64,000 nt of DNA from Eledone cirrhosa (Eukaryota). Below are positions 40,461-54,920 of this stretch, piece after piece (position 1 is the first letter of the stretch; the number at the start of each line of letters is the position of its first letter). A program made the position numbers and the translations under genes. The notes under the pieces are model-generated. The model saw only the letters and a program-made list of their open reading frames with translations, had not been told where the DNA came from and made no database searches. The DNA lies in the NCBI GenBank assembly GCA_964016885.1, contig OZ024745.1:23808001-23872000 (forward strand). Reading direction: 5' to 3'.

Positions 40461-40943
40461 ATTCACTCGTATCCAAACATTTATATACAATCACAGCATT
40501 GATTGTTCTATCTATCGGTCTAACTGACCATCTTCGTCACACGTTATTCCACTTAAATGTCGGACATTTAATTATATACCTATTTTGTCCTCGCTAGGTC
40601 ATTATACATAAGTTCTGCATCACTTTCGCCTTGTAAAGTACTCAAGGACTGTTTTTATTTACCTTGTTAGAAACTGTGACGCCGAACGGAGCAACGGTAA
40701 TACTATCAGTTGGAGTCGGAATTGTGTTCGTCCATTTTGACAGCTGATGACTGTGGAGGTCTTGTGTCTGTCTATATTTACACACACACACACACATATA
40801 TATATATATGTACATATATATACAGAAATGGCTTGAGCTCTGCCGTCGGGGTCATACTTTTTCCTATTTCCCACTCTACTACCTTAAGTATTGAGTACTC
40901 TGGTGCGTTATGGTCCATCTGGTTCCTTACCACAATTCCTTTG

Positions 40944-41001
<58 letters not shown>

Positions 41002-41224
41002 GTGTGTGTGTGTATGTGTGTATGGTGTGTATGCGTGTGTGTATTAGTGTGGCTTATATTTTGTATTATTAAATATGTATATTTATTTATATATATATAT
41101 TTTTTACTGTCCTGTTTGCAGATGTACGTTTTGTCGGCTCTATTTTTTTTTTTAATGATATTGAATATATACTGGAAATGTGTCCTTGAACACTTTATAG
41201 AAGTATAGTTTTCTGTATGAGTGA

Positions 41225-41274
<50 letters not shown>

Positions 41275-41749
41275 ATGTGTGGGTGTGTTTGAATGCGAAT
41301 ATGTGTGTGTGTGTGTGGCTTTGATTGTATGTGTTATTCGTCTAAAAGTCTATATATGCGTCATAGCTCGTACATTGTTGAGAAAATACACTAGCGTAGA
41401 CATTCAAAGAAACAGGCATACATACATACATACATACATACATACGTATATACATATGTATGTAAATAAATACATATATTATATATGTATGTATATATAT
41501 ATACATAGACAGAATTACATACATACATGCGTATATACATATATTATATATATATATAGAGAGAGAGAGAGAAATAGATACATAGACACAAATACATACA
41601 TATATACATAACTATATTCATATATTCAACATACATATATGCATACATACATGCATACATACATATATATTCATACATACATATATATTCATACATATAT
41701 ATATATATATACCTTTATAAACATCTGTCATATTTATATAGACGGATAC

Positions 41750-41829
<80 letters not shown>

Positions 41830-41849
41830 GCAGCCTCACACACTCTCAC

Positions 41850-41889
<40 letters not shown>

Positions 41890-42025
41890 TCTCTCTCTCC
41901 CTCTCACTCACTCTCACCCTGATACACACGTACATATATTTATAAATATAAATAAATATACATATAGATACAACTGTGTATATTTATATATTGCTCTACA
42001 CACACACACATACACACACACGTAC

Positions 42026-42056
<31 letters not shown>

Positions 42057-42272
42057 TATACTCATAGACGTGTGTCGGTGCACATTGTGTGTGTATGTGT
42101 GTGTGTGTACACCACACATACACACATGTACACCTGTGTTTGTGTAAGTATAGCTCAATGGATGTCGCTCTCTTTGATATATACATAGATATATAAATAG
42201 ATATATACATATGTACAAATACACACACTTCTATATATACTCAAGTTATGTACATAACTATATGTAAACACA

Positions 42273-42315
<43 letters not shown>

Positions 42316-42406
42316 AGAGAGAGAGAGAGAGAGTGAGAGAGAGGGAGAAAGATAGAGTGAGAGTCATATGCATATATAAATATATAAATATATATATAGC
42401 AAGCGT

Positions 42407-42470
42407 TATACTAATATACCATCATTGTATTGTATAGCCGTCTTCTGTTGGTTTTTCATTGTTGACTTTT

Positions 42471-42508
<38 letters not shown>

Positions 42509-42593
42509 ACATATGTATATATATATATATAAAGAAAAGTCAACGATGAAAAACCAACAGAAGACGGCTATACAATACAATGATGGTATATTA

Positions 42594-42600
<7 letters not shown>
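42407..42600. repeat. Inverted repeat (~68-bp arms) centred on a (TA)n tract
   Basis: 42407-42475 is the reverse complement of ~42528-42600. Confidence 0.85.
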
Positions 42601-42655
<55 letters not shown>

Positions 42656-42666
42656 TGTTCTACCAC

Positions 42667-42700
<34 letters not shown>

Positions 42701-42821
42701 CATATGTATATATATATACATTATAGCTATATCCAAACATACATACATAAATACATATCTGTGTGTGTGTGTGTGTGCGCGTGGCTGTGTGTGTGTGTGT
42801 GTGCGCGCGTGTGGGTGGGTG

Positions 42822-42863
<42 letters not shown>

Positions 42864-43021
42864 TGTGCACGTGAGCTATAACAAACAGCTCTATTGATAG
42901 CTGCCATGTTGTATATTTTTTTTCCAAAGTCTGACTGTCTGCATATCTTTCTGAGGCATTCACTGAGACAAAAACAAGTAATAAAAAATACACTACACAC
43001 ACACACACATATATATATATG

Positions 43022-43134
<113 letters not shown>

Positions 43135-43228
43135 ATGTGTGTGTGTATGTAAATATCTACATAACATGCATATATGTATGTATGTATATATAAATATATA
43201 TATATATATACTGTATTTATATATATAT

Positions 43229-43282
<54 letters not shown>

Positions 43283-43405
43283 ATATATATATATATTTAT
43301 ATATATATGTGTGTATGTGTGTGTGTGTGTGTGTGAGTATGTAAATATCTACATAACATGCATATATGTATGTATGTATATATAAATATATATATATATA
43401 TACTG

Positions 43406-43436
<31 letters not shown>

Positions 43437-43463
43437 GTATATATATATATATATATATGTGTA

Positions 43464-43566
<103 letters not shown>

Positions 43567-43918
43567 ATATGTGTGTTCATGTGTGTACCATCATGTGCGC
43601 GCGTGTGTGTGTGTGTTGTATTTCCTAATGCAGTCTTGTATTTGCTGAATTTCAATAACAATGTATAGCACAAAGTAAAGCACCACTGCAGATGCCGTCT
43701 CTATCACCAATGACGCCTTGAACACGACCACCGCCACTGCCACCACTTCTTCAACAAAGCCATCACTACTACTACTACTACTTGTACTACTACTAGTAGT
43801 AGTAGTAGTAGTAATAGTACTGTCTGGAACACACCAGCTGTTTTTCTTTATGCATCTATATACGTACGCATTCATATACGTATATACCTTTATCTGTATA
43901 CACACACACATATATATG

Positions 43919-43951
<33 letters not shown>

Positions 43952-45224
43952 ATATAGCGATAAACAAAGGTACCGATATTCTTTTACTGGTCTAAATGAA
44001 TGTGTTGCGGCCATTCTGGGGCACATTTCCACACAAATACATAAATACACAATCACAAACTCACGCAATCATACACAAACACAAACACAACCATTCACAC
44101 CTTTACCCTACATCTTGTAACATACGCTGTGATTTGCATAAATATTTATTATTTCATAAATTATAACACTGACGCAAATTAGACTGACCGTACTTGTTAC
44201 CTTTTATTTTACCTGTGATACAAATTGCGTTTGTCTATAAATTATTTTTGCTGATAGAATTATAAGAGTGCTTATATCCTTATGAATGTCTCATTAACCG
44301 TGAAACATGTTCAGCCAAGCAATGATTCCCCATCTACACACAGAATAACAAAATGTTTTCCACAATTATTTACGTCTTGTTTGATATTGCCCAATGTAGT
44401 TTTGTCAGACGTACACAACTGCCAGGTCTTTAGCCAAACAAAACGTTAAGTTCCCAAGTAATCTTTGAGATCTTAAAGACAGCGGCACGAATTCCTACAT
44501 CAAATGGAAGTTCTTAAAATGATCTGGACCCTATTCAAATGGCCGAAAGATGAAATCTGTCTTATCATGTGGGCCAATTTCTTCAATGCACACGTATGCT
44601 CAGTATCAATATACACCGTATTTACTGTCTTAGTCGACATACCTTCGTTTTTACAAGGACATTTACAAGGACATGTTTTTACAAGGACATTATGAGACAA
44701 ATAGAAATTTAGTACATTTTTTCAAAAATGTAATGCACATTATTTCATTGTTTTTTCAGAAACAATGTCTTTCTTATATAAATTATATTGTATTACTGTA
44801 TTAGTAATACTAATAGTAATAGAAACTAATTTTTTAAACCATAATTGTCTTCACCCTTCGTTAGGCCACCTATCGGTGATACTGATATATTGGACGCAGG
44901 GAAGATTTTTATGTTTGTTTGTTTTTTTTAAACTGCGTCCAATAGGTCGGAAAATATGGTATATGAGTGTGTGCTCGTGTAGGTTCAAATCTTCCAGTTT
45001 ACAAACGAAAGTGGAAAAATGTACTCATTTTGTGGAGTATATTGTTTTTATTTAAACTCAATTTTTTTCCTTTGCGATAAAAGTTTCACGTCATTGCGAC
45101 CATTCAGACAGTTTATTTCTGCATCTAAAACTTGTATTTTATGCATTCAATGAGGCGGTTACTTGGTTTCTAGATATTTCTTTGATAAGGTAGTGACGTT
45201 TTCATTATTGTCATTGTGGGCGCT

Positions 45225-45420
45225 GGATTGGCAGTATCGGCTTTGAAGCATGGAGTTATGGCCCTTTACGTTCTGAGTTCAAATCCCACCGAGGTTAACT
45301 TTAACTTTCATCCTTACGGGGTCGATAAAATAAAAGTACCAGTCACGCACTGGGGTCGATTTAATCGACTTTCCCCTCCCCCAAAATTGCTGGCCTTGTG
45401 CCTATATAAGAAACCATTAT
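45225..45420 (+). mobile_element. SINE S1, sense orientation
   Basis: B-box gagttcaaatccc followed by the family core. Confidence 0.75.
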
Positions 45421-45554
45421 TATATCTTGTTTCAATAAATTGTTATTCCATTAAAGTCGTTATTTAACTCTACGAGCGTCTGTCTGCCATTTGTTATAAC
45501 ATTATGTTTTATTTTAGTTATTGTATCCAGTATCTCTATAGTGTTACTTATTAA

Positions 45555-46582
45555 TCTATGGTGGAACACACCTCCATGATATCCATGGAGGAATATACCT
45601 CCATTATATCCATGGAGGAACATACCTCCATAATCTATGGAGGAACATGCCTCCATGATATTATGGAGGAACATACCTCCATAATATCTATGGAGGAACA
45701 TACCTCAATAATATCCATGGAGGAACATACCTCCATAATCTATGGAGGAACATGCCTCCATGATATTATGGAGGAACATACCTCCATAATATCTATGGAG
45801 GAACATACCTCCATAATATCTATGGAGGAACATACCTCAATAATATCCATGGAGGAACATACCTCCATAATCTATGGAGGAACACACCTCCATGATATCA
45901 TGGAGGAACATACCTCCATAATATCTATGGAGGAACGTACCTCCATGATATCCATGGAGGAACGTACCTCCATAATCTATGGAGGAACATACCTCCATAA
46001 TATCCATGGAGGAACGTACCTCCATGATATCATGGAGGAACACCCCTCCATAATATCTATGGAGGAACGTACCTCCATAATATCCATGGAGGAACGTACC
46101 TCCATAATATCCATGGAGGAACGTACCTCCATGATATCCATGGAGGAACGTACCTCCATAATCTATGGAGGAACATACCTCCATAATATCCATGGAGGAA
46201 CGTACCTCCATGATATCATGGAGGAACACCCCTCCATAATATCTATGGAGGAACATACCTCAATAATATCCATGGAGGAACGTACCTCCATGATATCATG
46301 GAGGAACACCCCTCCATAATATCTATGGAGGAACGTACCTCCATAATATCCATGGAGGAACGTACCTCCATAATATCCATGGAGGAACGTACCTCCATGA
46401 TATCATGGAGGAACATACCTCCATGATATCATGGAGGAACACCCCTCCATGATATCCATGGAGGAACATACCTCCATGATACCATGGAGGAACATACCTC
46501 CATGCATACCATGGAGGAACATACCTCCATGCATACCATGGAGGAACATACCTCCATGGTATGCATGGAGGAACATACTTCA
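45555..46582. repeat. Palindromic ~27-bp minisatellite (ATGGAGG-aacata-CCTCCAT-aatatc[c/t])n
   Basis: About 38-40 units of 25-27 bp, each with a 7-bp inverted repeat. Confidence 0.95.
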
Positions 46583-46734
46583 ATAAAAATATTTACAATT
46601 AAAGTTTGAATAACATTAATGTTGCTCTTGTTGTTGTAGTATTTGTAGTTGTTTTTGTGGTGGTGGTTGTTGTTGCCGTTGTTGTTGTTGTTATTGTAGT
46701 TGTTGTAGCTCTTGGTGTTGTAGGTTTGTTCTCG

Positions 46735-47260
46735 TGGTTGTAGTTGTAGTAATAGTAGTTGTTGTAGTAATAGTAGTAGTTGTAGTTGTTGTAGTAATAG
46801 TAGTTGTTGTAGTTGTTGTAGTAATAGTAGTAGTTGTTGTAGTTGTTGTAGTAATAGTAGTTGTTGTAGTTGTTGTAGTAATAGTAGTTGTTGTAGTTGT
46901 TGTAGTAATAGTAGTTGTTGTAGTTGTTGTAGTAATAGTAGTTGTTGTAGTTGTTGTAGTAATAGTAGTAGTTGTTGTAGTTGTTGTAGTAATAGTAGTA
47001 GTTGTTGTAGTTGTTGTAGTAATAGTAGTTGTTGTAGTTGTTGTAGTAATAGTAGTTGTTGTAGTTGTTGTAGTAATAGTAGTAGTTATTGCTGTGGTTG
47101 TTGTTGTAGTAATAGTAGTTGTTGTAGTTGTTGTAGTAATAGTAGTTGTTGTAGTTGTTGTAGTAATAGTAGTAGTTATTGCTGTGGTTGTTGTTGTAGT
47201 AATAGTAGTTGTAGTTGTTGTAGTAATAGTAGTAGTTGTTGTAGTTGTTGTAGTAATTGT
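46735..47260. repeat. Trinucleotide-derived 27-30-bp tandem repeat (gtagttgttgtagtaatagtagttgtt)n
   Basis: Directly visible. Confidence 0.9.
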
Positions 47261-47502
47261 TGTACTAGAGCAATAGCATTAATTGTGAAGGTGGCGCCCT
47301 CTAACTAAAGCGTATTACTCACCCTGTCGCTTAGTGTGTCTTATATAAAAGACTTCGTATCTATTCAGTGCTCCAAACATTTGCAGAGGTCAAAAGGTAG
47401 CCTCCTGAGTGTATGTATGTATGTGTGTATGTATGTATGTATGTATGTATGTATGTATGTATGTATGTATGTATGTATGTATGTATGTATGTATGTATGT
47501 AT

Positions 47503-47730
47503 GTTTTTAGTCCTGCAGGATGTCCAAAGTCACCCTCCTCACCAAGAAACCTTGGTGGGGTTGCCAGTTTATTCGCCAACGACCCGACCATGTCACAAGT
47601 GTAGTGTTTGCACCAGAGTTTTCAAGTCGCTGGCTGGACTAAAAAATCACACTCGTTCAGCGCATCGGTACGGGTTCTCCTACATGGATATAAAGTAGTG
47701 GCCGTACTCGAAAACGAGTTGGCAGCCACC

Positions 47731-47733
<3 letters not shown>
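47503..47733 (+). mobile_element. RTE-like LINE 3' end with terminal C2H2 finger, within (TATG)n
   Basis: CSVCTRVFKSLAGLKNHTRSAH, then a short UTR and a (TATG)n tail. Confidence 0.6.
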
Positions 47734-47763
<30 letters not shown>

Positions 47764-47812
47764 TGTATGTATGTATGTATGTATGTATGTATGTATGTAT
47801 GTATGTATGTAT

Positions 47813-48511
47813 GTTCTTCTGGTTTTATAATTTCTCAAAGTTTTACCAATAGAGAGAGAGTCGGTTTCTAACATAGAAACAAGACTCTCTCATTGGAATT
47901 TACACAACATCAACTAGGTAGATATGTATGTATGCATGCATGTGTAGATATGGATATTATTGTATGTGTGGATGTGGATGTTTTGAGTTGTATGTGTGAA
48001 TGTGTATATGCTTTGTGTCTGTACATGTGTATATGCAGTAATTATATGCAAAATTTTTGGAATGTTTTACATATTTTTACTGTTCCATTAATGGATTGTA
48101 CTTGTAATTTCCTATGTATGTATGTATGTATGTATGTACGTATGTATGTAATTTCCTATGTATGCATGTATGTACGTATGTATGTACATATGTATATATG
48201 TTCTTCTGTTTTTATAATTTCACAAATTTTTGCCAATAGAGAGAGAGTCGGTTTCTAACATAGACACAAGACTCTCTCATTGTAATTTACACAACATCAA
48301 CTAGGTAGATATGTATGCATGTCAGTATGTATGCATGTGTAGATATGGATGTTATTGTATGTGTGGATGTGTATGTTTTGAGTTGTATGTGTGCATGTGT
48401 ATATGCTTTGTATGTGTGCATGTGTATATGCTTTGTATCTGTACATGTGTATATGCAGTTATTAGATGCAAAATTTTTGGAATGTTTTACATATTTTTAC
48501 TGTTCCATTAA
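47813..48511 (-). mobile_element. Two tandem 3' fragments of the RLE LINE (47813-48113 and 48200-48511)
   Basis: Reverse complements of ~10105-10406, each embedded in (TATG)n. Confidence 0.8.
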
Positions 48512-49022
48512 TGTATGTATGGAGGTATGTATGTATTTATGTATATATGGAGGTATGTATGTATGCATGTATGTATGTATGAATGTATGTATGTATGTGT
48601 GTATGTATGTATGTATGTGTGTATGTGTGTTTATATATACACACATATATATATATCAACACTTACATATATTCATTCAAACATACACACATACACGCAC
48701 ACATATATGTATATATCAATCCATCCATCCATTCATACATACACACATACATACATCCTTCCATACATACATATTTACAAAGATGCATACATACATATGG
48801 GTACAAGCATACATACATACACACATACATACGTACATACATAATACATACACACATACATACCTCCATATCTCCATACATACATACATACATGTGTGTG
48901 TATACATAATACATGTGTGTGTATGCGCACACGTTCATGTGTTCAACTATACTACTATTCAAGTTGTAGTGCACCTGAGCACTGTACACAATAATTTCAT
49001 TATTACTATTATTATTATTATT

Positions 49023-49109
<87 letters not shown>

Positions 49110-49501
49110 GATATACTACAGTTGAGGGCGGGCGCAGTGTAATTAGAATGGGTTCGTTTTATTAATATATATTTGGTTGAACAAATGAGACTACCGTCGC
49201 TTATCCAATTTTATGTTCAGCTGTTTATATTCTTCAAAAACAAGCCTCTGACTATTACATTGCGGGCGTGAGTATTCCTTTGTAGTACCTATGTAAAAAT
49301 TGGAATAGATGATAATTGCAGCTGAGCGGAGTTATCGCCCACGTTTTCTGTCATTATATACGCTTCTGTGTAACGTAGGCGTGGAAGTGTTGCTGTGACG
49401 TAAACGACCGGTTAACTTTAATTAAAGTCAGAGATGCAGCTCCTTAAATAATTTAAATAGCTAGTTGGAAGGATGGAAACGTAGAGCAATTCTGGATTAT
49501 A

Positions 49502-49534
<33 letters not shown>

Positions 49535-49539
49535 GTTTG

Positions 49540-49635
<96 letters not shown>

Positions 49636-49653
49636 TGTATGTATGTATGTATG

Positions 49654-49712
<59 letters not shown>

Positions 49713-50792
49713 GTATATATGCGAAAAGTAAACAGAAACATGCATATACGCACACAAACTGCACATATTAATGGAATATTATCTCATCTCTACTACGCTA
49801 AACCTGATCAGAAGGCCACATACGATCCTCCAAAGATTGGCTTTGCTATTTAAAAAAAATACTCACCCCAACAACCAACTTCTAGGCCTTTACAAAGCTT
49901 AGACAAGACCCTCAGTACTCTCCAACCTTGGACAATGCTGCTGCTATCTATCCTAGACCGCACCCAATGAAATCTCACTCGTCTGATTAGTATAAAGTTG
50001 ATCACAATCCCGATGTCACGTTTGGAACCATGTTATGCAGTGTCCTCTATGTGCATTTTATACCACTACTCGGGCTCTGACTTTCTCTCACCCGTCTCAC
50101 CCTCTCTTTTCCTTAAATACATTATTTTGACAGTGGCACCCTCCTATTTGCCCACAACATTGCTCACACTTGAATTCATATTTGTTCACATATACTCACA
50201 CACATATAAAGGTACTTCAAACGTACTTCATTACGTTCTCTCATGCATACAACGCTTATTTCCCGTAACACGTGCGCCTTTCCCTGTTGAAATTCACCAT
50301 CTTAACCCCCTTCTGTCATTCAACCAATTATTATCTCTGATTCAATGCGTTTTTAGTTTTCATTTTATCTTTCTCTTCTCACCGCCTCCTATTTCATGAC
50401 GAAGGAAAACTGCCCGAAACCTCGACAACATTTTTATTACTTTGCACTGAGGTTAAATTGACATCACAATCCTGCTAGTTCTTTTTTGTTGTTTTCTAAT
50501 TTTAGTTTTGTCGTATATTTTTATTTTACCCAATAACATGCAAACACGTACGCGAATATATATATATACGTACGTGAGTGTGTATGCATACAAGTATATA
50601 TATATATAATCCACATACATGCATACTAATACATAAATACATACATATATACACACTCATCATATACATACATATGTACATATGACAGCCAAGCCATATG
50701 CGAAAGCTCTCAAACCTGTTTGCTTGGAAAGAAAATTCCTGTACATTACATCTTGTATGACAGTCTGTTTGTTTTAACGGCAATGCCTATTT

Positions 50793-50830
<38 letters not shown>

Positions 50831-50863
50831 GTGTGTGTGTATATATATATATGTGTGTATATA

Positions 50864-50946
<83 letters not shown>

Positions 50947-50949
<3 letters not shown>

Positions 50950-51190
50950 CAGAAGGGATATTCAATTTGTTGGTAATTCAACAAATATAAATGTTTATAA
51001 CTGATTCAGAGCACTCTACAAGTTTTCTGGAGTATAATATCAATATATAAATAAATGGAAACTATATTTATAAAACCATATTTATTCTATTATATATATT
51101 TCAAGGGTATCAAAATTTTAGTACCCTTCAAATATATGTAATAGAATAAATATGTTTTATAAATATAGTTTCCATTTATTTAATATCATT
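50947..51190. mobile_element. Family B fold-back element with apex inside HHR stem II (core lost)
   Basis: Same tail as 13526; arms meet at aagggtatcaaaattttagtaccctt. Confidence 0.8.
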
Positions 51191-51308
51191 GTATATATGT
51201 GTATATATATCTGTGTGTATATATATGTGTGTGTGTATATATATATATGTGTGTCTGTGTGTATGTAAACTATATACATACATGTATATATATACACACA
51301 CATATAGT

Positions 51309-51340
<32 letters not shown>

Positions 51341-51346
51341 GGTGCC

Positions 51347-51393
<47 letters not shown>

Positions 51394-51436
51394 AGCAAAT
51401 ACACTTAAATTACTAGGAAATAGATAGATAGAGGAC

Positions 51437-51511
<75 letters not shown>

Positions 51512-51599
51512 TTCATCCGTCTCTATGTACTTTTGTGTACATGTATGTATACATATATCTGTATATACATATACACGCACACACACACACACACACCCA

Positions 51600-51637
<38 letters not shown>

Positions 51638-51694
51638 CATGCACACACATACATTTATACACACACACAGATATATATATAACGATTTCTATAT

Positions 51695-52493
51695 TTACAA
51701 TCCGTGTAGCCGCGGTCGCTATCTACTAATTCGAGGAATTTATAATAATCTTATGTCGTAAATACGAATTTGCAACTCAGAGTGGACACTCTACGTTAAT
51801 CAGTAGATAAACGGTTTGGTGGCTGTACAATTGAGAGACACGGGCTGTACAGTTTCAATGCCATGTTCTGTGCTCAGCAGTTGCATCGGGAACTGTTACT
51901 CACAGAAGTTATGCAGAATTTTTCAAGATTATAAACATTACATAATTAGGACTGATGCAAGATTTCATTAGACAGAGTTCAAAACTAATCCAAACTGGAT
52001 ATTTTAATCCGAGAGTCTGCCAGAGTCTCAACTGATACACCTCAGTGATACTGATAGCAGTTTCATACTGTGGCAGAATCACCTGACCTTTCAAATAGGA
52101 GGGTCGTTATAATCAGCCTTTACGAAGAAAGACACATTTGGCAGTAAAATTGAAATTACTGAATAAGCGCCGAAACTCTCAATCTGGTTAATTATAGGGA
52201 TAGCAAAGACATAGATGCAATATACGTACACATCGAACTAAAAAAATAAGAAACATTGTTCAGCTTATGATTGGTAGTCTCTGGGATAAATATCTCGTTG
52301 AGGAAATGTTACAACAGTCCTAATTATGTTTGTTGGAGTTACTGCATGACTTCTGTGATTAACAATTGCTGACATCGCATGGAAACTATACAGTTCGGGT
52401 CTATCAATTGTACACGCACTAAGCTGTTTATCTACTAATTAACGTACGAATTTTGTAAATTCATTGAGCGAGTAGATAGTAGACGGATTGTAA
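51695..52493. mobile_element. Old MITE-like element with diverged ~200-bp TIRs
   Basis: ttacaatccgt...ctatctact / agtagatag...acggattgtaa plus further patchy inverted matches. Confidence 0.5.
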
Positions 52494-52769
52494 GAGGATA
52501 GCTTCGTTAACATTTTGTCTGTACCAGCTGCTTCTCCAGTTTTCAGCGATTTATTGCTGTCTCCACTTCTTCTGGGTGGACTGGGAGGTCATCCTCGTTT
52601 GACGCTGGGGTCTCCATGCATCTAACGGCTGTACAATTCTGAGCAGTATCTTGTATATCTCCCGCTGATGATGTTTTCTTCCGTGTAGCACTTTTCTTGC
52701 ATCTCTTGGATGTTGCTGCCTCTTCAGTGTCTCTGCTTTGTGAGATCTTTCACAATCTGATATATATAT

Positions 52770-52887
<118 letters not shown>

Positions 52888-53099
52888 TTCGTTTCTGAAT
52901 TTGTTTAGCAAGATTCTTTATCTGAAAACGTGTGTTGAAACCGATATTTTTATGCTTTGGGAGGGTCATGTTGCCAATAAGAAACACACGCACCAGTTGC
53001 TTTCACTTCAATTTATTATAAATTAAATTTATAAATTTAGGAATTTATAAATTTCCGGTTAGTTGGTTGGTTCCACAACCAGACGATTGTTCATATATT

Positions 53100-53142
53100 G
53101 TCAAAGTTCTTTCGTCACACACTCTGTGACCTCTTCAGTGAC
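53100..53142 (-). ncRNA. Minimal HHR in the PLE-2 3' UTR
   Basis: gtca-CTGAAGA-g gtcaca gagtg tgtgac-GAAA-gaac-TT-tgac. Confidence 0.7.
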
Positions 53143-53341
53143 TGGGGATTCTTTTCTTTGTTTTTGTGCTTCTCCTTTGTTCTGTCCTACGCCATCTTGT
53201 TTGTATTTGTGTTGTGTGCTTAGTTTGCGCATGTGTTACATCCGGGTGTCTGTGTGTGTTTATATTTGTTTATTTATCTGTTTATTTACATGTTACTGGT
53301 TGGTTGTTTGTTCTATGTGTGTGTGTATTTTCATTTTGTCC

Positions 53342-54076
53342 TTAATTGTAAGTTGTGATGTTGCTATTCCATTCATGTTTTCTATTTAATTTTGGTTGGA
53401 GTTCATTTATGTTTATTGCCTCTGTGATTTGTATAAACATTGCGTCTTTTCTGTCTGTAGATTCTATTTTTATTTCTATGTTGTCTAATTTACCCTTATG
53501 TTCTATTTTAGCATCTTGGTGGAGTACAGATGATTCTTTACTATCTTGAAGCTCTCGCCAGTGTTCATTTATCCGTTCTCCTATACTACGAGCTGTCTCA
53601 CCTATGTACACTATATTCTTATCTCTACATTGTCCTTCAGCACATCTTATGCTATATACTACATTTCTAGTTTTACAGTTAATATGGGGGCTTAGTTTAC
53701 AGATTATACATTTCTTATCTATACAGGGAGGTCTTTGAAAAGGGTATGTATTGCTAATAAGTGTTTTTATGGAGGTACCTGGTCTTTCTACTATCTTAAT
53801 ATTGAGTTTATGTTTATCTAGGGCCCTTCTAAATTTGTAAGCTAATTCACCTCTAGGGGTTGTATTGATGAACATTACACTCTGGTATTTATTGCTACCA
53901 TACCATGAGTTTATTCTATTAACCTTATTCCTAGTTCTTTCTATTCTATTCCAAAATTTGCTCCTATACAAGGAGCAGGTCCCATTTGTGTCATTATTTA
54001 CCATTTTTTCCCATTTGGTTCTGGCTCCTCTATATACTCTGATTTTATCTTTCTGATTGTATCCAGAGAACTGCAT
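53342..54076 (-). CDS. PLE C-terminal GIY-YIG endonuclease fragment
   Basis: VVY..C / YIGET / R..EH / E..LN motifs with a preceding Cys-rich linker. Confidence 0.85.
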   Translation of the reverse strand: MQFSGYNQKDKIRVYRGARTKWEKMVNNDTNGTCSLYRSKFWNRIERTRNKVNRINSWYGSNKYQSVMFINTTPRGELAYKFRRALDKHKLNIKIVERPGTSIKTLISNTYPFQRPPCIDKKCIICKLSPHINCKTRNVVYSIRCAEGQCRDKNIVYIGETARSIGERINEHWRELQDSKESSVLHQDAKIEHKGKLDNIEIKIESTDRKDAMFIQITEAININELQPKLNRKHEWNSNITTYN

Positions 54077-54243
54077 ACGGTGGATAAAGTGTTGTATGTC
54101 TCTCTCTAGTTCTTTGGGACATGCGGGACACGTTTCTCATCACCCGTACCAAATCCGCAATCAGTATGTTGATTTTGGTATGGTCCGAAACAGCTGAGTT
54201 TCGGTGGATCAGAGATTTGGAAGTTATGGGTTTGGCATAATTG

Positions 54244-54295
<52 letters not shown>

Positions 54296-54357
54296 CTGAA
54301 TCTTAACCATGACGGAATTTAACCATCTACTATGTCAGGGTATGTCATGCATCATCT

Positions 54358-54424
54358 TATTTTATCTGATGAGGACGTACTGTTGAAGTTAACTCAGTAC
54401 CTCTGAAATATGTATAATAAAATA
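54358..54424 (+). ncRNA. Type I hammerhead ribozyme (family B variant)
   Basis: tattttat-CTGATGA-gga c gtactg...cagtac c tct-GAAA-tatgta-TA-ataaaata. Confidence 0.85.
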
Positions 54425-54479
54425 TACTTGATCACAAGAATATCTATTTTGTTAATATTTTGAATTAATATATATATAT

Positions 54480-54869
54480 ATGTAGAATTTCATTTAAATT
54501 GTTGGGATACAACAAGCAAATATTTTTATAACTGATATAAAGCACTCAACAAATAATTGGAGTAAAAGTACGATATTAACAAATGGAAACTATATTTATA
54601 AAACCTTATTTATTTCATTATACATATTTCAAGGACACCAAGTTAAATTATGGCGTGCTTTCATTAGATAAAATATAATATAGAGCAGTTTTATGAATAA
54701 ATATTGACATACCCTTAAAGAATGCAACCATTACAGTTGGAAGCTTTAAGGGTATGTCAATATTTATTTATAAAACTGCTCTATATTATATTTTATCTGA
54801 TGAAAGCACACCATAATTTAACTTGGTGTCTTTGAAATATATATAATGAAGTTTCCATTTGTTAATATC

Positions 54870-54870
<1 letters not shown>
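54480..54870. mobile_element. Family B fold-back element with an HHR at 54789-54850 (+)
   Basis: Arms ~54571-54720 / 54744-54870. Motif: tattttat-CTGATGA-aag c acacca...tggtgt c ttt-GAAA-tatata-TA-atgaa. The minus copy has a CTAATGA core. Confidence 0.8.

Positions 54871-54920
<50 letters not shown>

Larger units (their letters stand above)
52888..54245 (-). mobile_element. Penelope-like element PLE-2: 5'-truncated (RT thumb, GIY-YIG endonuclease, 3' UTR)
   Basis: ORF 53342-54076 contains CKTRNVVYSIRC..YIGETARSIGERINEH..EAININELQPKLN; upstream YAKP..LIHRNSA; (TA)n flanks. Confidence 0.9.

Noticed and set aside
45555-46582. CRISPR-like array of palindromic repeats
   Set aside because: No unique spacers, no cas genes and a eukaryotic context; it is a minisatellite.
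47580-47670. Host C2H2 zinc-finger gene exon
   Set aside because: A single finger followed by a short UTR and (TATG)n tail fits an RTE-type LINE 3' end better.
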